Part shown: positions 38,825-48,032 of the stretch, one piece after another | Numbering within the stretch: position 1 is the stretch's first letter | Layout of the letters: each line of letters starts with the position of its first letter | NCBI GenBank assembly: GCA_963765145.1 | Contig: CAVXVG010000026.1 | Coordinates: 218,769 to 282,768, forward strand | Direction: 5' to 3' | Length of the DNA: 64,000 nt | Source: Parachlamydiales bacterium | Lineage (GTDB): Bacteria > Chlamydiota > Chlamydiia > Chlamydiales > JAJFMK01 | The notes under the pieces: generated by a model | Seen by the model: the letters and a program-made list of their open reading frames with translations, nothing else | Databases searched by the model: none | Told to the model about the DNA's origin: nothing | Translations under genes and position numbers: made by a program

Positions 38825-39913
38825 TTATTCAGTGCGGAGGTTGAAGTGGTTGCCGTTTTCGTGCTGTAAAGCGATGGTTTGCTGACTAAACTGAGGATTG
38901 ACAACCTCTTGGAAGTCGATAGGCTTTCCGTTATAGATACGAAAAATCTTTACACTTACTTCGTAGATGGTGCTGATAGCATAAATTTCGGCCCTAGTTC
39001 CGAAAAAAGCATTTTTACCGGCTTGTTCCAGGTATTTGTCTACGTCGAGTTTAAGAATCTTTTCATGACCGTCTTTGAGGCTAGTCATTTGTCCTTCAAC
39101 ATCCATTCCCATTTCACGGATGGTTTCAAGGCTTGCTAGCTCTTGCCCATATTTAAAGGTTGCTGCTTTTTTGGTATCATCAATAGCATCCTTAAAATGT
39201 CCTTTAAGAATACTGTCTGAATCTTTATTTGCTTTCATCCAATCGACAGCTTTCTTTCGGAGGGTAGCATGGTCGACCTCTATATTCTTAGCTTTTTTAA
39301 GGCCGAGAGCAAGGGCGTGGTAAAGGCAGTTGCCATCATTATCGACTTTTATAGTGAAACTGGGGTCGACGAAAACATCTGGCTTAAAGGTTAGCACGAA
39401 GCGTAACGTTTCTTTAACCCTTTGATACGCTTGGATCGCTTTGAAATGAGCTTTTTTAAGGTGGACGTTATGCATCCCTTCAAAAGCGGTGATTTGGGTT
39501 TGTAATTGCTTGGCCAGTTCTTTAGGGTTTTGGTGATCAACCATTTGATTGCAGAGCTTGACCAGCTCCCCAGCGTCCTTTTTTAACGTTGGAAAACGAG
39601 TTTCATCATCTTCTTTGGCTTGTATTTGGTAGTAAAATCGGTGTGTAGCCAAGTGGCTTAATACAATGAGAGCCGACAGGAGAGGAATGATGAGGGTCGC
39701 AACACAGACTGCTTTGAAGGCAACGGTCTTCCAAGTGGTCTTTTTCTCCTCTTCCTTTAAGATTTTGACTGAATTAGTATGGTCGACAACAATGTAACTT
39801 TTGTTGCCAATATGCCAAAAACCTTGCAAAAACTGATAGGTGTCTTTGGCAGGCTGCGGCCATAGAGAAAACGCGTCGGTTATTGGAATATAAGGGTTTA
39901 TACTATTAGTCAT
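38825..39913 (-). CDS. OTU-family cysteine protease (deubiquitinase-like) with an N-terminal TM anchor
   Basis: The catalytic Cys motif is VDNDGNCLYHALALGL and the C-terminal His motif is ENGNHFNL. A TM segment (AVCVATLIIPLLSALIVLSHL) is present. 362 aa. Confidence 0.85.
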   Translation of the reverse strand: MTNSINPYIPITDAFSLWPQPAKDTYQFLQGFWHIGNKSYIVVDHTNSVKILKEEEKKTTWKTVAFKAVCVATLIIPLLSALIVLSHLATHRFYYQIQAKEDDETRFPTLKKDAGELVKLCNQMVDHQNPKELAKQLQTQITAFEGMHNVHLKKAHFKAIQAYQRVKETLRFVLTFKPDVFVDPSFTIKVDNDGNCLYHALALGLKKAKNIEVDHATLRKKAVDWMKANKDSDSILKGHFKDAIDDTKKAATFKYGQELASLETIREMGMDVEGQMTSLKDGHEKILKLDVDKYLEQAGKNAFFGTRAEIYAISTIYEVSVKIFRIYNGKPIDFQEVVNPQFSQQTIALQHENGNHFNLRTE

Positions 39914-40058
39914 ATTAATATTTTAACATATTTTACGATACTTTTCAACTCCTAAGGTGAAAGTGCTAATCAAAATGGCTCAAAATTGCGGTAATTCGGG
40001 TACGGGTAAGACTTGATACCTCTTTCTGCTCATCAATCATTTTAATCAAAAGCTATAA

Positions 40059-40775
40059 TTAAAGCTTTGCTATGGCGCTTTTAATATCATCACTTATGAT
40101 GGAAAATGGTGGTAGAGGGAGATCTTGCCAGCAGATAGAGTTGATTTCTTTTATAAAGTTGTCAAATGCCACATGATCTGTTTCAACACTTGCATTTTTC
40201 AGCGTTTTACAAAAGGCACGATACTCATTTACAAGATCCATGGATCTTTGAGAATCTAATAAAACTTCCTTATAGTATTCAGAGTCTATAAATTTTATCT
40301 CGGAAGATTCTGTGATGAACGTGTTAGATGGTGTGAGGTCGGACCAAGTAATTTTGCGGCTGTCAAGGTAGTTTGCGCAATCAAGAGCGTCAGTGAGATT
40401 TTTTTTTAATTGCTGCATGGCGAGCTTTTGTAACGATTGCGAAGACAATGGTTTACCGTTGATTCGTTCCATTTTGAGTCTGTATACTTTTTTTTCATCC
40501 TGGCGAGTTTTTATCGCAAATGCATATACTTTTCTCAAGCATTTATGCTCTAAAGTAAAACCCATCTTATATTCATTTAGATAAGAGAGATAGTCTATAT
40601 TATTGTTTATAGAATATTTGTCTTTTCGAGTGCTTTTCTTTATTACGATATCGGGAGAGATACTGCTTTCATAAACTGTCCCGGTATTTCCTGAGCCGAT
40701 TTTTGTTTTATTGGTGGAGAAGCCGTATAGGCTCGTCTGCCCTTTCCCGCTATATTCAATGATTGGTAAGCTCAT
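40059..40775 (-). CDS. minimal eukaryotic-like protein kinase (OspG/NleH / Kdo-RIO-like size class)
   Basis: 238 aa with a Gly-loop IGSGNTGTVY, the Lys in DIVIKK, hinge MERINGKPL, catalytic loop WSDLTPSNTFI (D-L-x-P-x-N) and metal-binding KFIDSE in place of DFG. Only ~75 aa follow, so there is no activation-loop or substrate lobe. The gene is very AT-rich by eye. Confidence 0.6.
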   Translation of the reverse strand: MSLPIIEYSGKGQTSLYGFSTNKTKIGSGNTGTVYESSISPDIVIKKSTRKDKYSINNNIDYLSYLNEYKMGFTLEHKCLRKVYAFAIKTRQDEKKVYRLKMERINGKPLSSQSLQKLAMQQLKKNLTDALDCANYLDSRKITWSDLTPSNTFITESSEIKFIDSEYYKEVLLDSQRSMDLVNEYRAFCKTLKNASVETDHVAFDNFIKEINSICWQDLPLPPFSIISDDIKSAIAKL

Positions 40776-40921
40776 GCTAAATTCCAGGTTTAATGAGTTA
40801 TTATAACATGTTTTTTAATTTCGCGTGGTTTTGCAGTTTAGTTAAATATTAAATTGGTTTAATGCTGAACGTAGCAAATGAAGCGTTATTTGTTACGTTT
40901 GGAATAAGGTATTTGACTCAA

Positions 40922-42124
40922 ATGAAACATGAAAGCAATCAGAACAAAACCTGCCCCGGTAAAAGCGGAAAGACCTATGCTTCCTATTACACTCAAAAGA
41001 AATGGCATGTTCTAGACGATTCTATTCAAGAAGAGATCGGCTTTTTAGAAAATCAGGTCGGCTCAAATTTTGAAATTATCAGCCAAAGTCAAGACAATCG
41101 AATCTGGATCGTATCCAATAGCATTCCAGACAAAGGGATCTATTTTTGGGTGTACGAAAAAGAGGCTCGTTCTTGCTGGCAGCTTTATCCTGTTACCCCT
41201 CAGCCTTGGGAAGCGGGTCTTTCTAAGATGTATGAGATGGTTGTGACCTCTCGTGACGGTAGGGAGCTGGTTTGCTATTACACCTTGCCAAAAGAATTCG
41301 ACAAAGGAGGGGATGTTGATTCTCCGATCCCTCTGGTTGTCGTTCCTCATGGAGGACCTTTTAAAGTGAGGGACAAATTTGAATTTAAACCCTACCATCA
41401 ATGGCTTGCTGATTGCGGTTATGCAAGTTTGAGTGTGAATTTCCGCCTTTCATCTGGTTTTGGCAAAGCTTTCGTCAACGGAGGGAACGGAGAGTGGGGT
41501 GGAAAAGCTCATCTGGATGTCATTGATGGCGTTGAAGCTTGTATTGCTAAAGGGCTAACAGAAAAAGGTAAGTTGGCTATTTTTGGAGGCAGCTACGGAG
41601 GTTTTGAATCTTTAGCTGCGCTTACATTTACTCCTGACTATTTTACCTGCTGTATTGCTATTTGTGCTCCATCAAATCTTAAAGCCATTTTGGACAGTGT
41701 TCCTAAATTCTGGGAATTTACTGCCAAGCCGTTGTCTGACAAGCTGATGTTTTTTACCAAGCAAGCCTTTATTACCAGCATGGGAGGGGATCCTGATGAG
41801 GCAGCCGGCGCAGCCTATCTAGAAAAATGTTCTCCATTAAGTCACTTGGATAAAATTAAAGCTCCGTTGCTATTAGTCCATGGGAAGAACGACCACGTCA
41901 TTACAGAGTCTGTGTCGAGACAAATTTATGAGAGCATGAAGGAAAACAATAAGACAGTCACTTACATCATGTTTTCCAATGAAGGGCATCGGTTTGCCAA
42001 TTTTTCTAACAAAGTGATGTATCTAGATCAGGCCGAGCTCTTTTTGTCACAACATTTGCATGGCAAATATAGGTCGGCACGAGAAGAGGTGGTCGCTGAT
42101 TCAACGGCACATGTCTTCAAATAG
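40922..42124 (+). CDS. S9-family serine peptidase (prolyl oligopeptidase/dipeptidyl peptidase type), short N-terminal region
   Basis: The catalytic domain has the nucleophile elbow GGSYGG, LLLVHGKNDHVI (Asp) and NEGHRF (His). Only ~150 aa precede the hydrolase fold, compared with a full 7-blade propeller in typical S9 enzymes. It may therefore be 5'-truncated. The start is placed at MKHESNQ (40922); the track start is 40862. Confidence 0.7.
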   Translation: MKHESNQNKTCPGKSGKTYASYYTQKKWHVLDDSIQEEIGFLENQVGSNFEIISQSQDNRIWIVSNSIPDKGIYFWVYEKEARSCWQLYPVTPQPWEAGLSKMYEMVVTSRDGRELVCYYTLPKEFDKGGDVDSPIPLVVVPHGGPFKVRDKFEFKPYHQWLADCGYASLSVNFRLSSGFGKAFVNGGNGEWGGKAHLDVIDGVEACIAKGLTEKGKLAIFGGSYGGFESLAALTFTPDYFTCCIAICAPSNLKAILDSVPKFWEFTAKPLSDKLMFFTKQAFITSMGGDPDEAAGAAYLEKCSPLSHLDKIKAPLLLVHGKNDHVITESVSRQIYESMKENNKTVTYIMFSNEGHRFANFSNKVMYLDQAELFLSQHLHGKYRSAREEVVADSTAHVFK

Positions 42125-42180
42125 AATCAATTCACGCACGAATTTGACAGCACGTGCGTAAAGGGGATTCACGAGTTTGT

Positions 42181-42831
42181 TTAAGCAACGTCGAGGATGT
42201 CGAGGGCGAAACGGTATCTAGTTGCTCCGTAGAGTTCAGTCTCTTCGACCATTTTCAGGCCTAGTTTCTCCATAATTCTCTTTGAGGCAGGGTTGTCTAG
42301 CCGAACAGTAGCTGTAATCTGATCCAAAGGTTTACCCTCTACAGTGTATCCTTCCTGGATAAGGGCAGGCACATAGACTTTTAAAAAAACGTTCGCAAGT
42401 TCTGTGCCATATCCATAGCCCCAATGAGCTCTTTTTAGAAGGCCTGCACCTTCTGCTTGCCCAGGTCTATCTCCATGCCCAAGAACTCCATGCCCGATAA
42501 AGGCGCCGGTTTTCTTATCTAAAACTTTGAAAGCGCTGAAGGGGTCTTTTTCTTCCGTCCACCGCTTTGCCCAGACGGTATCAATGCGTTTCTGAAGGCT
42601 TTCCATGCTAAGTGGTTTTCCCTCTAAGTATCTTTCTACCACCACTGGGTCGTTAAAAAGAGAAAAATAATCGGCGTAATGAGCTTCTGTCGCTTCGACC
42701 GGCACCATCTTTGTTCTTAGAGTTTCAATTGTTACAATAACTTGCTCGCCACGTGTTAAAAAGGTCACACTTCCATATGATGGGTCACTGTAAGTCGTTG
42801 CATCTTCGCATCTTTCGAATGATAAATCCAT
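42181..42831 (-). CDS. GNAT-family N-acetyltransferase (RimJ/RimL-like)
   Basis: HWGYGYGTELANVFLKV (acetyl-CoA loop) and NPASKRIMEKLGLKMV. 216 aa. Confidence 0.8.
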   Translation of the reverse strand: MDLSFERCEDATTYSDPSYGSVTFLTRGEQVIVTIETLRTKMVPVEATEAHYADYFSLFNDPVVVERYLEGKPLSMESLQKRIDTVWAKRWTEEKDPFSAFKVLDKKTGAFIGHGVLGHGDRPGQAEGAGLLKRAHWGYGYGTELANVFLKVYVPALIQEGYTVEGKPLDQITATVRLDNPASKRIMEKLGLKMVEETELYGATRYRFALDILDVA

Positions 42832-43054
42832 AAGCTTTTCCTGTTAAGTTCTCTTTCAAGAGAGAATGGATCAACACCTTAAATATTAAAAGTGGAAAAT
42901 ATTTTGCATACACGTTGCACAGTTTGGTTAAAACTTAAAATTGGTTTAAGGTATTTGTCTCCAACTAAAAAAGAGTTACTCTACCCCTTTTGAAGCAAAT
43001 AAGTGGCATATTCAATGGCATCGCTACCCTGAAGGACATGGGCTGCCAGAATTA

Positions 43055-43264
43055 GTGGCCAAAGTTCCTCATCTTGCCTTCCAAGTGGATGATTTAGATG
43101 CCGAAATTAAAGGATGCAAAATTCTTTTTGGCCCTTATAGCCCTTTGAAAGGTTACCGTGTTGCCATGATTGAAGAGCAAGGGGTGCCTATCGAATTAGT
43201 GGAAACATCGCTCACAGATGAAGAGCTCTCATTATTAGAGCAAGAAAAGTTCGACGAATCCTAA
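43055..43264 (+). pseudogene. probable fragment of a glyoxalase/VOC-family gene
   Basis: A 69-aa ORF (PHLAFQVDDLDAEIKG...GYRVAMIEEQGVPIELVE) resembles only the C-terminal beta-alpha-beta module of VOC proteins. The frame stays open upstream without an ATG. Confidence 0.3.
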
Positions 43265-43275
43265 TGTTTGGTTCC

Positions 43276-43369
43276 GCCGAAGCGTTTGGAGCGTGAAACT
43301 CCCGTTTAGCTTTCACTTTCACTGATAAGTCAAAGCTAAACAGGAGTTTAGCACTCCAAACGCTTCGCG
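43276..43369. repeat. R1 palindromic element, copy 3
   Basis: GCCGAAGCGTTTGGAGCGTGAAACTCCCGTTTAGCTTTCAC...GCTAAACAGGAGTTTAGCACTCCAAACGCTTCGCG. It lies between two convergent gene ends. Confidence 0.85.
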
Positions 43370-43397
43370 AGGGCTGTAATTCGAAAGTGCAGATCAC

Positions 43398-43751
43398 TTA
43401 GAGTTTTTTGGACCATTCTGTTTCGTTAAAGCCGGTGAACCCAAAGTCATTTCCTAGTAAGAAAGGGCGTTTAACAAGCATGCCGTGCTGACTTAGTAAC
43501 TCTAGAGCTTTGTCACTGGTTAGGTGTTCAAGTTTTTCCTTGAGCTGCAGTTCTTTAAATAGTAGGCCAGATGTGTTGAAAAGCTTTTTTAAATTACCGT
43601 TCTGATGGGTCAGCATCTTTTGCAGCTCTGCAATAGATGGGGGTTCTTCAGTGATTTCTTTTACGGTAACCGAGGCTCTATGCTTCTTTAAAAAAAGTAA
43701 GGCTGCCTTGCAAGTCGTGCATTTTCCATAAACATAAATGATCATTTTCAT
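43398..43751 (-). CDS. ArsC/Spx-family thiol-redox protein
   Basis: MKMIIYVYGKCTTCKAALLFLKKH carries a CxxC motif, followed by LVKRPFLL. The track start at 43844 would overlap the tRNA-Leu gene, so the ATG at 43751 is used. Confidence 0.75.
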   Translation of the reverse strand: MKMIIYVYGKCTTCKAALLFLKKHRASVTVKEITEEPPSIAELQKMLTHQNGNLKKLFNTSGLLFKELQLKEKLEHLTSDKALELLSQHGMLVKRPFLLGNDFGFTGFNETEWSKKL

Positions 43752-43805
43752 CTCAGATGCAAAATAAAAAACCGAATGTTTCGTGAGAAACATCCGGTTA
43801 AGCAA

Positions 43806-43887
<82 letters not shown>

Positions 43888-43939
43888 GGGGATGACATAA
43901 ATTGTAAGTGAGTGGGGAATATATGTTAAGCTCTTTGGT

Positions 43940-44908
43940 ATGAAGTTTTGGATTGTGTGCTTATTGTTGAGCGTTTGCTCAGCCGAAGAGGGGTATATTG
44001 GAGTGAAAACATGTGGCGGGCAGTTGGGAAACCAACTATTCGATGTGGCGGCCACTGTTGCTTATGCTTGGGATCATGAATTGACCCCAGTTTTTCCAGA
44101 TTTTAAGTCTCAAGAGAACAATTTGGCTTACAATTATTCCCAAGTTTTTTTTCGGTTGGATAGAGAAAAAGAGAGCCCCTTTCCTTTGCCTCTTCATACA
44201 GTTGAAAATCCTGGGTTTGTGCAGTTGTCCCAAGATCTGAAGAATGTTTTACTTGATGGAGGTCTTTTCTCTTGGAAATACTTTGATCATCATAGAGAGG
44301 CTATTCAAAAACTCTTTGAGCCAAAAGAGGAATTGGTTGAGAAATTAGCAGCAAAATATGGAGAGCTAATCGGTGCAGAAAATACCGTAGCAGTTCATGT
44401 GCGAAGCTATTCAAAAGCAGTGCATGAAACAGGGCTTCATTTTGTTGGTTTTGCCTATTTCAAAGAGGCGATGGATCAATTTTCAAAAGATTCTCTTTTT
44501 GTGGTTTTTTCTGATCGAATTCAGTGGGCTAAGGCTAATTTCCAAAAAAGATTTCCTGACAAACAGTTTGTTTTCATCGAAGGGAACGACTACATCGAAG
44601 ATTTTTATCTCATGTCAATGATGAAGCATCAAATCGTCTCCCGTTCCTCGTTTTCTTGGTGGTCGGCTTATTTGAATAAAAATCTGGAAAAACAAATTTA
44701 CGTTCCAATACTAAAAGAAGAAGGGATTAGAGGTTTTTTAAAACCCTATGCGAAGCAGCTGCTTACTTTTTTTGGGAAAGTTTTTTGGTGGGATGAAAAT
44801 TATTGGCTGCCGGAGTGGAGTAAGCTTTTTTACTCATTAGAACCCTATCCGGAAGATCTCTATAGCTACGGAGATGAAAGTACCTCTCTTTACTCGTTGG
44901 ATAAATAA
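43940..44908 (+). CDS. GT11-like glycosyltransferase (alpha-1,2-fucosyltransferase family) with an N-terminal signal/anchor
   Basis: The N-terminal motif is GGQLGNQLFDVAATVAYA and the C-terminal motif is DFYLMSMMKHQIVSRSSFSWWSAYLN (compare the GT11 motif NSTFSWWAAYL). The expected HxRRGD motif is degenerate (AVHVRSYS). A hydrophobic leader MKFWIVCLLLSVCSA is present. Confidence 0.65.
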   Translation: MKFWIVCLLLSVCSAEEGYIGVKTCGGQLGNQLFDVAATVAYAWDHELTPVFPDFKSQENNLAYNYSQVFFRLDREKESPFPLPLHTVENPGFVQLSQDLKNVLLDGGLFSWKYFDHHREAIQKLFEPKEELVEKLAAKYGELIGAENTVAVHVRSYSKAVHETGLHFVGFAYFKEAMDQFSKDSLFVVFSDRIQWAKANFQKRFPDKQFVFIEGNDYIEDFYLMSMMKHQIVSRSSFSWWSAYLNKNLEKQIYVPILKEEGIRGFLKPYAKQLLTFFGKVFWWDENYWLPEWSKLFYSLEPYPEDLYSYGDESTSLYSLDK

Positions 44909-45928
44909 GGCAAAAGGGTTTCTTTCGAGGAAGTTTCTTTGGTGCCAATAAGGGTAAACCGGCTCTTTTTGACTGGCTTGGTCAAGCTTTGCCATTTGAT
45001 CTTTAGAAAGCTTCCAACCGATGGCTCCCAAATTTTGCTTCAATTGCTCTTCATTTCTCGCCCCAATGACAATGTTGGCAACGGTTGGACGTTGTAAAAG
45101 CCAATTGAGCGCCACTTGGGGAACACTTTTGCCCGTTTCTTTTGCAATCTCATCAAGTGCATCGACCACTTTGTAAAGATATTGTTCATCAACTGGGGGG
45201 CCACCATCTGCGCCGCCCGATTTGATTCTTCCTTCCGGCATTGGTTTATTGCGTCCAATTTTTCCGGTTAATCGACCCCAGCCGAGAGGACTCCACACCA
45301 TTAAGTCAACACCTTGATCGATTCCAAGGGGCATGAGCTCCTCTTCATAATCCCGTCCTATCAATGAATAATAACCTTGATAAACGACAAAGCGGGCAAG
45401 ACCATATTTTTCAGAGGTAGCAAGCGATTTCATCAAATGCCACCCAGAATAGTTAGAGCAACCGATATAACCGATTTTTCCACTTTTTACGAGGTGGTCT
45501 AACGCTCCTGAAGTCTCTTCCACAGGTGTTAAAGCATCAAAAGCGTGAATGAAATAGATGTCGATATAATCGGTGCCAAGCCTTTTTAGACTCTCTTCAC
45601 AGGAAGTAATGATTTTGTGTCGTGAGGCGCCCATGTTATTGGGCCCTTCTTTAAATCTAAAGCCTGTTTTGGTTGAAATGAGTACTTTATCTCTTCGCCC
45701 TTTGATGGCTTTGCCAAGTATTTCTTCCGACATCCCTTGAGAGTAAGAATCTGCCGTGTCAAACAATGTGACTTCAGCTTCCAGGCAGATGTCGACCATT
45801 CGGGTGGCCTCTTTAACGCCGGTATCACCCCATTTTTTGAAAAATTCTGTCGAACCACCAAAAGTGGCTGTACCAAAGCTTAATACAGGTACTTTCAAAC
45901 CTGAGTGGCCTAATCGTCGATATTCCAT
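44837..45928 (-). CDS. aldo/keto reductase
   Basis: MEYRRLGHSGLKVPVLSFGTATFGG, FDTADSYSQGMSEEILG and IGCSNYSGW. The 3' end overlaps the convergent GT11-like gene by 72 nt. Confidence 0.9.
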   Translation of the reverse strand: MEYRRLGHSGLKVPVLSFGTATFGGSTEFFKKWGDTGVKEATRMVDICLEAEVTLFDTADSYSQGMSEEILGKAIKGRRDKVLISTKTGFRFKEGPNNMGASRHKIITSCEESLKRLGTDYIDIYFIHAFDALTPVEETSGALDHLVKSGKIGYIGCSNYSGWHLMKSLATSEKYGLARFVVYQGYYSLIGRDYEEELMPLGIDQGVDLMVWSPLGWGRLTGKIGRNKPMPEGRIKSGGADGGPPVDEQYLYKVVDALDEIAKETGKSVPQVALNWLLQRPTVANIVIGARNEEQLKQNLGAIGWKLSKDQMAKLDQASQKEPVYPYWHQRNFLERNPFALFIQRVKRGTFISVAIEIFRIGF

Positions 45929-45962
45929 ATCTGTACTTTGCTTTTATCTTAAATAAATTGCT

Positions 45963-47559
45963 ATGGGTAAGACTATGGAAGCAGATCTTATCTTATTCAA
46001 TGGCACACTTATTACGATGAAACCGGAGTCGCTAGTTGCCGAAGCGGTTGCCATTCAGAAGGGGAGAGAGAATTGTTTGGATTGGGAATAATCAGGAAAT
46101 TGTTGCCTATCAAGGCCCTCACACTGAAATAATTGATCTGCAAGGCTCGTTTGTCTATCCAGGTTTCATCGATACTCACGCCCATGTCATTTACAGCGGG
46201 CACTTTTGGCGTTCTTTGCAGCTGGCTGAAACAACAAGTAAAAAGGGGCTTCTTGAAAAACTAAAAACACATCTTTTGAAGTGCCAAAAAGGGGCAATGG
46301 GTTTACGGTGTCGGATGGGATGAGGGAAAATGGGAAGAAAAAGTTTCAATCCACGCTTCCGACTTAGATCAGGTGGCCCCTAATCACCCTATTGCTTTAG
46401 CCAGGGCTGACTCTCATTTGCTGTGGGTCAACAGTCATGCTTTAAAGCTTGCCGGAATCGACGCATTCAGACTCCAGATCCTGAAGGGGAAAGATTGAGA
46501 GGGATTCGGCAGAAAACCCAACAGGTTTGTTATGGGACCGCGCCCTTTTTTTAGTCAGAAAGCTTTTGCCGATGCCAGACTTTAAGGAGACATGTTTACT
46601 AGCTCAAGAGGTTTTTAAAAAAAGCCTTTCGCTTGGAATCACCATGATCCATAACGCCTCTTCGTTTGGAATTGATTTGGAGGTTTTCAAATTTCTTGCA
46701 GCTGAAGATAAATTGCCCTTACGTGTTTATATGCTTTCGTCTGTTCAGGACAAGGACGGAAACATCACCTTTCCGCCACACAGTGAAACGTTTGTGCAGA
46801 TGTTGCAACTCCGTTGCATCAAATTGTTTGCCGACGGTGCATTCGGTTCTCGCGGGGCCGCTTTAGTTGAACCCTATCAAGATGAGCCTGACCATCGGGG
46901 GATTTTGATCTGGAAAGAGCCCGAGTTTTTAAAGGTATTGGCCCATGCAAAAAAAGAAGGATTCCAAGTGGCCGTGCATGCCATTGGAGATCAGGCCAAC
47001 CATTTCGTTCTGGATGCCTTCGAAAAAACGGGTGTTAATGGATTGAGATGGCGAATAGAGCATGCTCAGTTGCTGCTTCCATCTGATATTCCTCGTTTTG
47101 CAAAACTTGGGGTGATTGCCGCAGTGCAGCCGTTGCATGCAACGGAGGATATGTACTGGTTTGCCGATCGGGTAGGGGAGAGAAGGCTAGAAGAGGGGGC
47201 ATTTATGTGGAGGGCCTTACTGGATGCAGGAGCAACTGTGGTAGGAGGGTCCGACGCGCCAATCGTTTCGATTAACCCGCTGTGGGGCATCTATGCGGCG
47301 ATCACTCGGCAAGATCAAAAAAGGGCAGCCGGAAGGGGGGTGGTATCCAAAGCAAAAAGTGACCCCGATGGAAGCCTTGGAAATGTACACAAGCAAGGCT
47401 GCCTACGCCTGTTTTCAAGAAAATGAAGTTGGGACTCTGAAGGTGGGGAAGTGGGCCGATCTGGTCGTGCTTCCAGAAAATATTTTGACCTGTGAGCCTA
47501 AAAAGTTGCTCGATATGAAAGTTGAGTACACTGTTGTTGGCGGTATGATCGCATATTAG
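45963..47559 (+). pseudogene. metal-dependent amidohydrolase (Amidohydro_3 / YtcJ-like), 5 frameshifts
   Basis: The fragments are ADLILFNGTLITMKPE..AIQKG / ERIVWIGNN...YPGFIDTHAHV / QWVYGVGWDEGKW...LARADSHLLWVNSHALKLAGID / TPDPEG / GKIERDSAENPTGLLWDRA...AVHAIGDQAN...RIEHAQ...GGSDAP / GQPEGGWYPKQKVTPMEALEMYT...VVGGMIAY. The frame changes are at GGGG 46061-64 (+1), GGGG 46291-94 (+1), about 46465-70 (-1), GGGG 46486-89 (-1) and A6 47317-22 (+1). Confidence 0.8.
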
Positions 47560-47711
47560 AGAAGCGAACGCGCCTGTGCTCGAATTATCAATGTATTAGC
47601 GACAAAGCACATGAAATTTTAGGTAATGATGCTTGGTGGAGAGCATTAGAGACAACACACTCTAGAGTAGTTCTAAGAGAAACAGTCTGCTATGCCTACC
47701 TTCTTCGCAAA

Positions 47712-48032
47712 ATGCAGCAGCCTCTTGGGATGTCATCAAAAGAAAATGCTCATTCAATTCTTCTAGAAAAGTTAAGTGAAAGTCCCTACGCAGATTATGA
47801 AGTTTCTGATTTGCTACAGCACAATATTCCCTATTTTTACCATGTCATAGGACAAGGACATCTTTACGATGGCAATGGAAAAGAGTATCGGAATGTTTTT
47901 TCAGAACCTGCTACTTTAGGAATAAGGCGACAATTTTTTAATCGCTCTCCTCAAAAAATGTATTTTGACTGTGAAATTATTAGAAAGCACTTAACGTTAC
48001 CTTCCATAAGAAAAAAAGTGAAAACCAGATGA
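47712..48032 (+). CDS. hypothetical protein, 4-nt overlap with the ABC exporter gene
   Basis: A 106-aa ORF with an ATGA overlap at 48029. The frame is also open for ~150 nt upstream without an ATG, so this may be the tail of a longer decayed gene. Confidence 0.3.
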   Translation: MQQPLGMSSKENAHSILLEKLSESPYADYEVSDLLQHNIPYFYHVIGQGHLYDGNGKEYRNVFSEPATLGIRRQFFNRSPQKMYFDCEIIRKHLTLPSIRKKVKTR

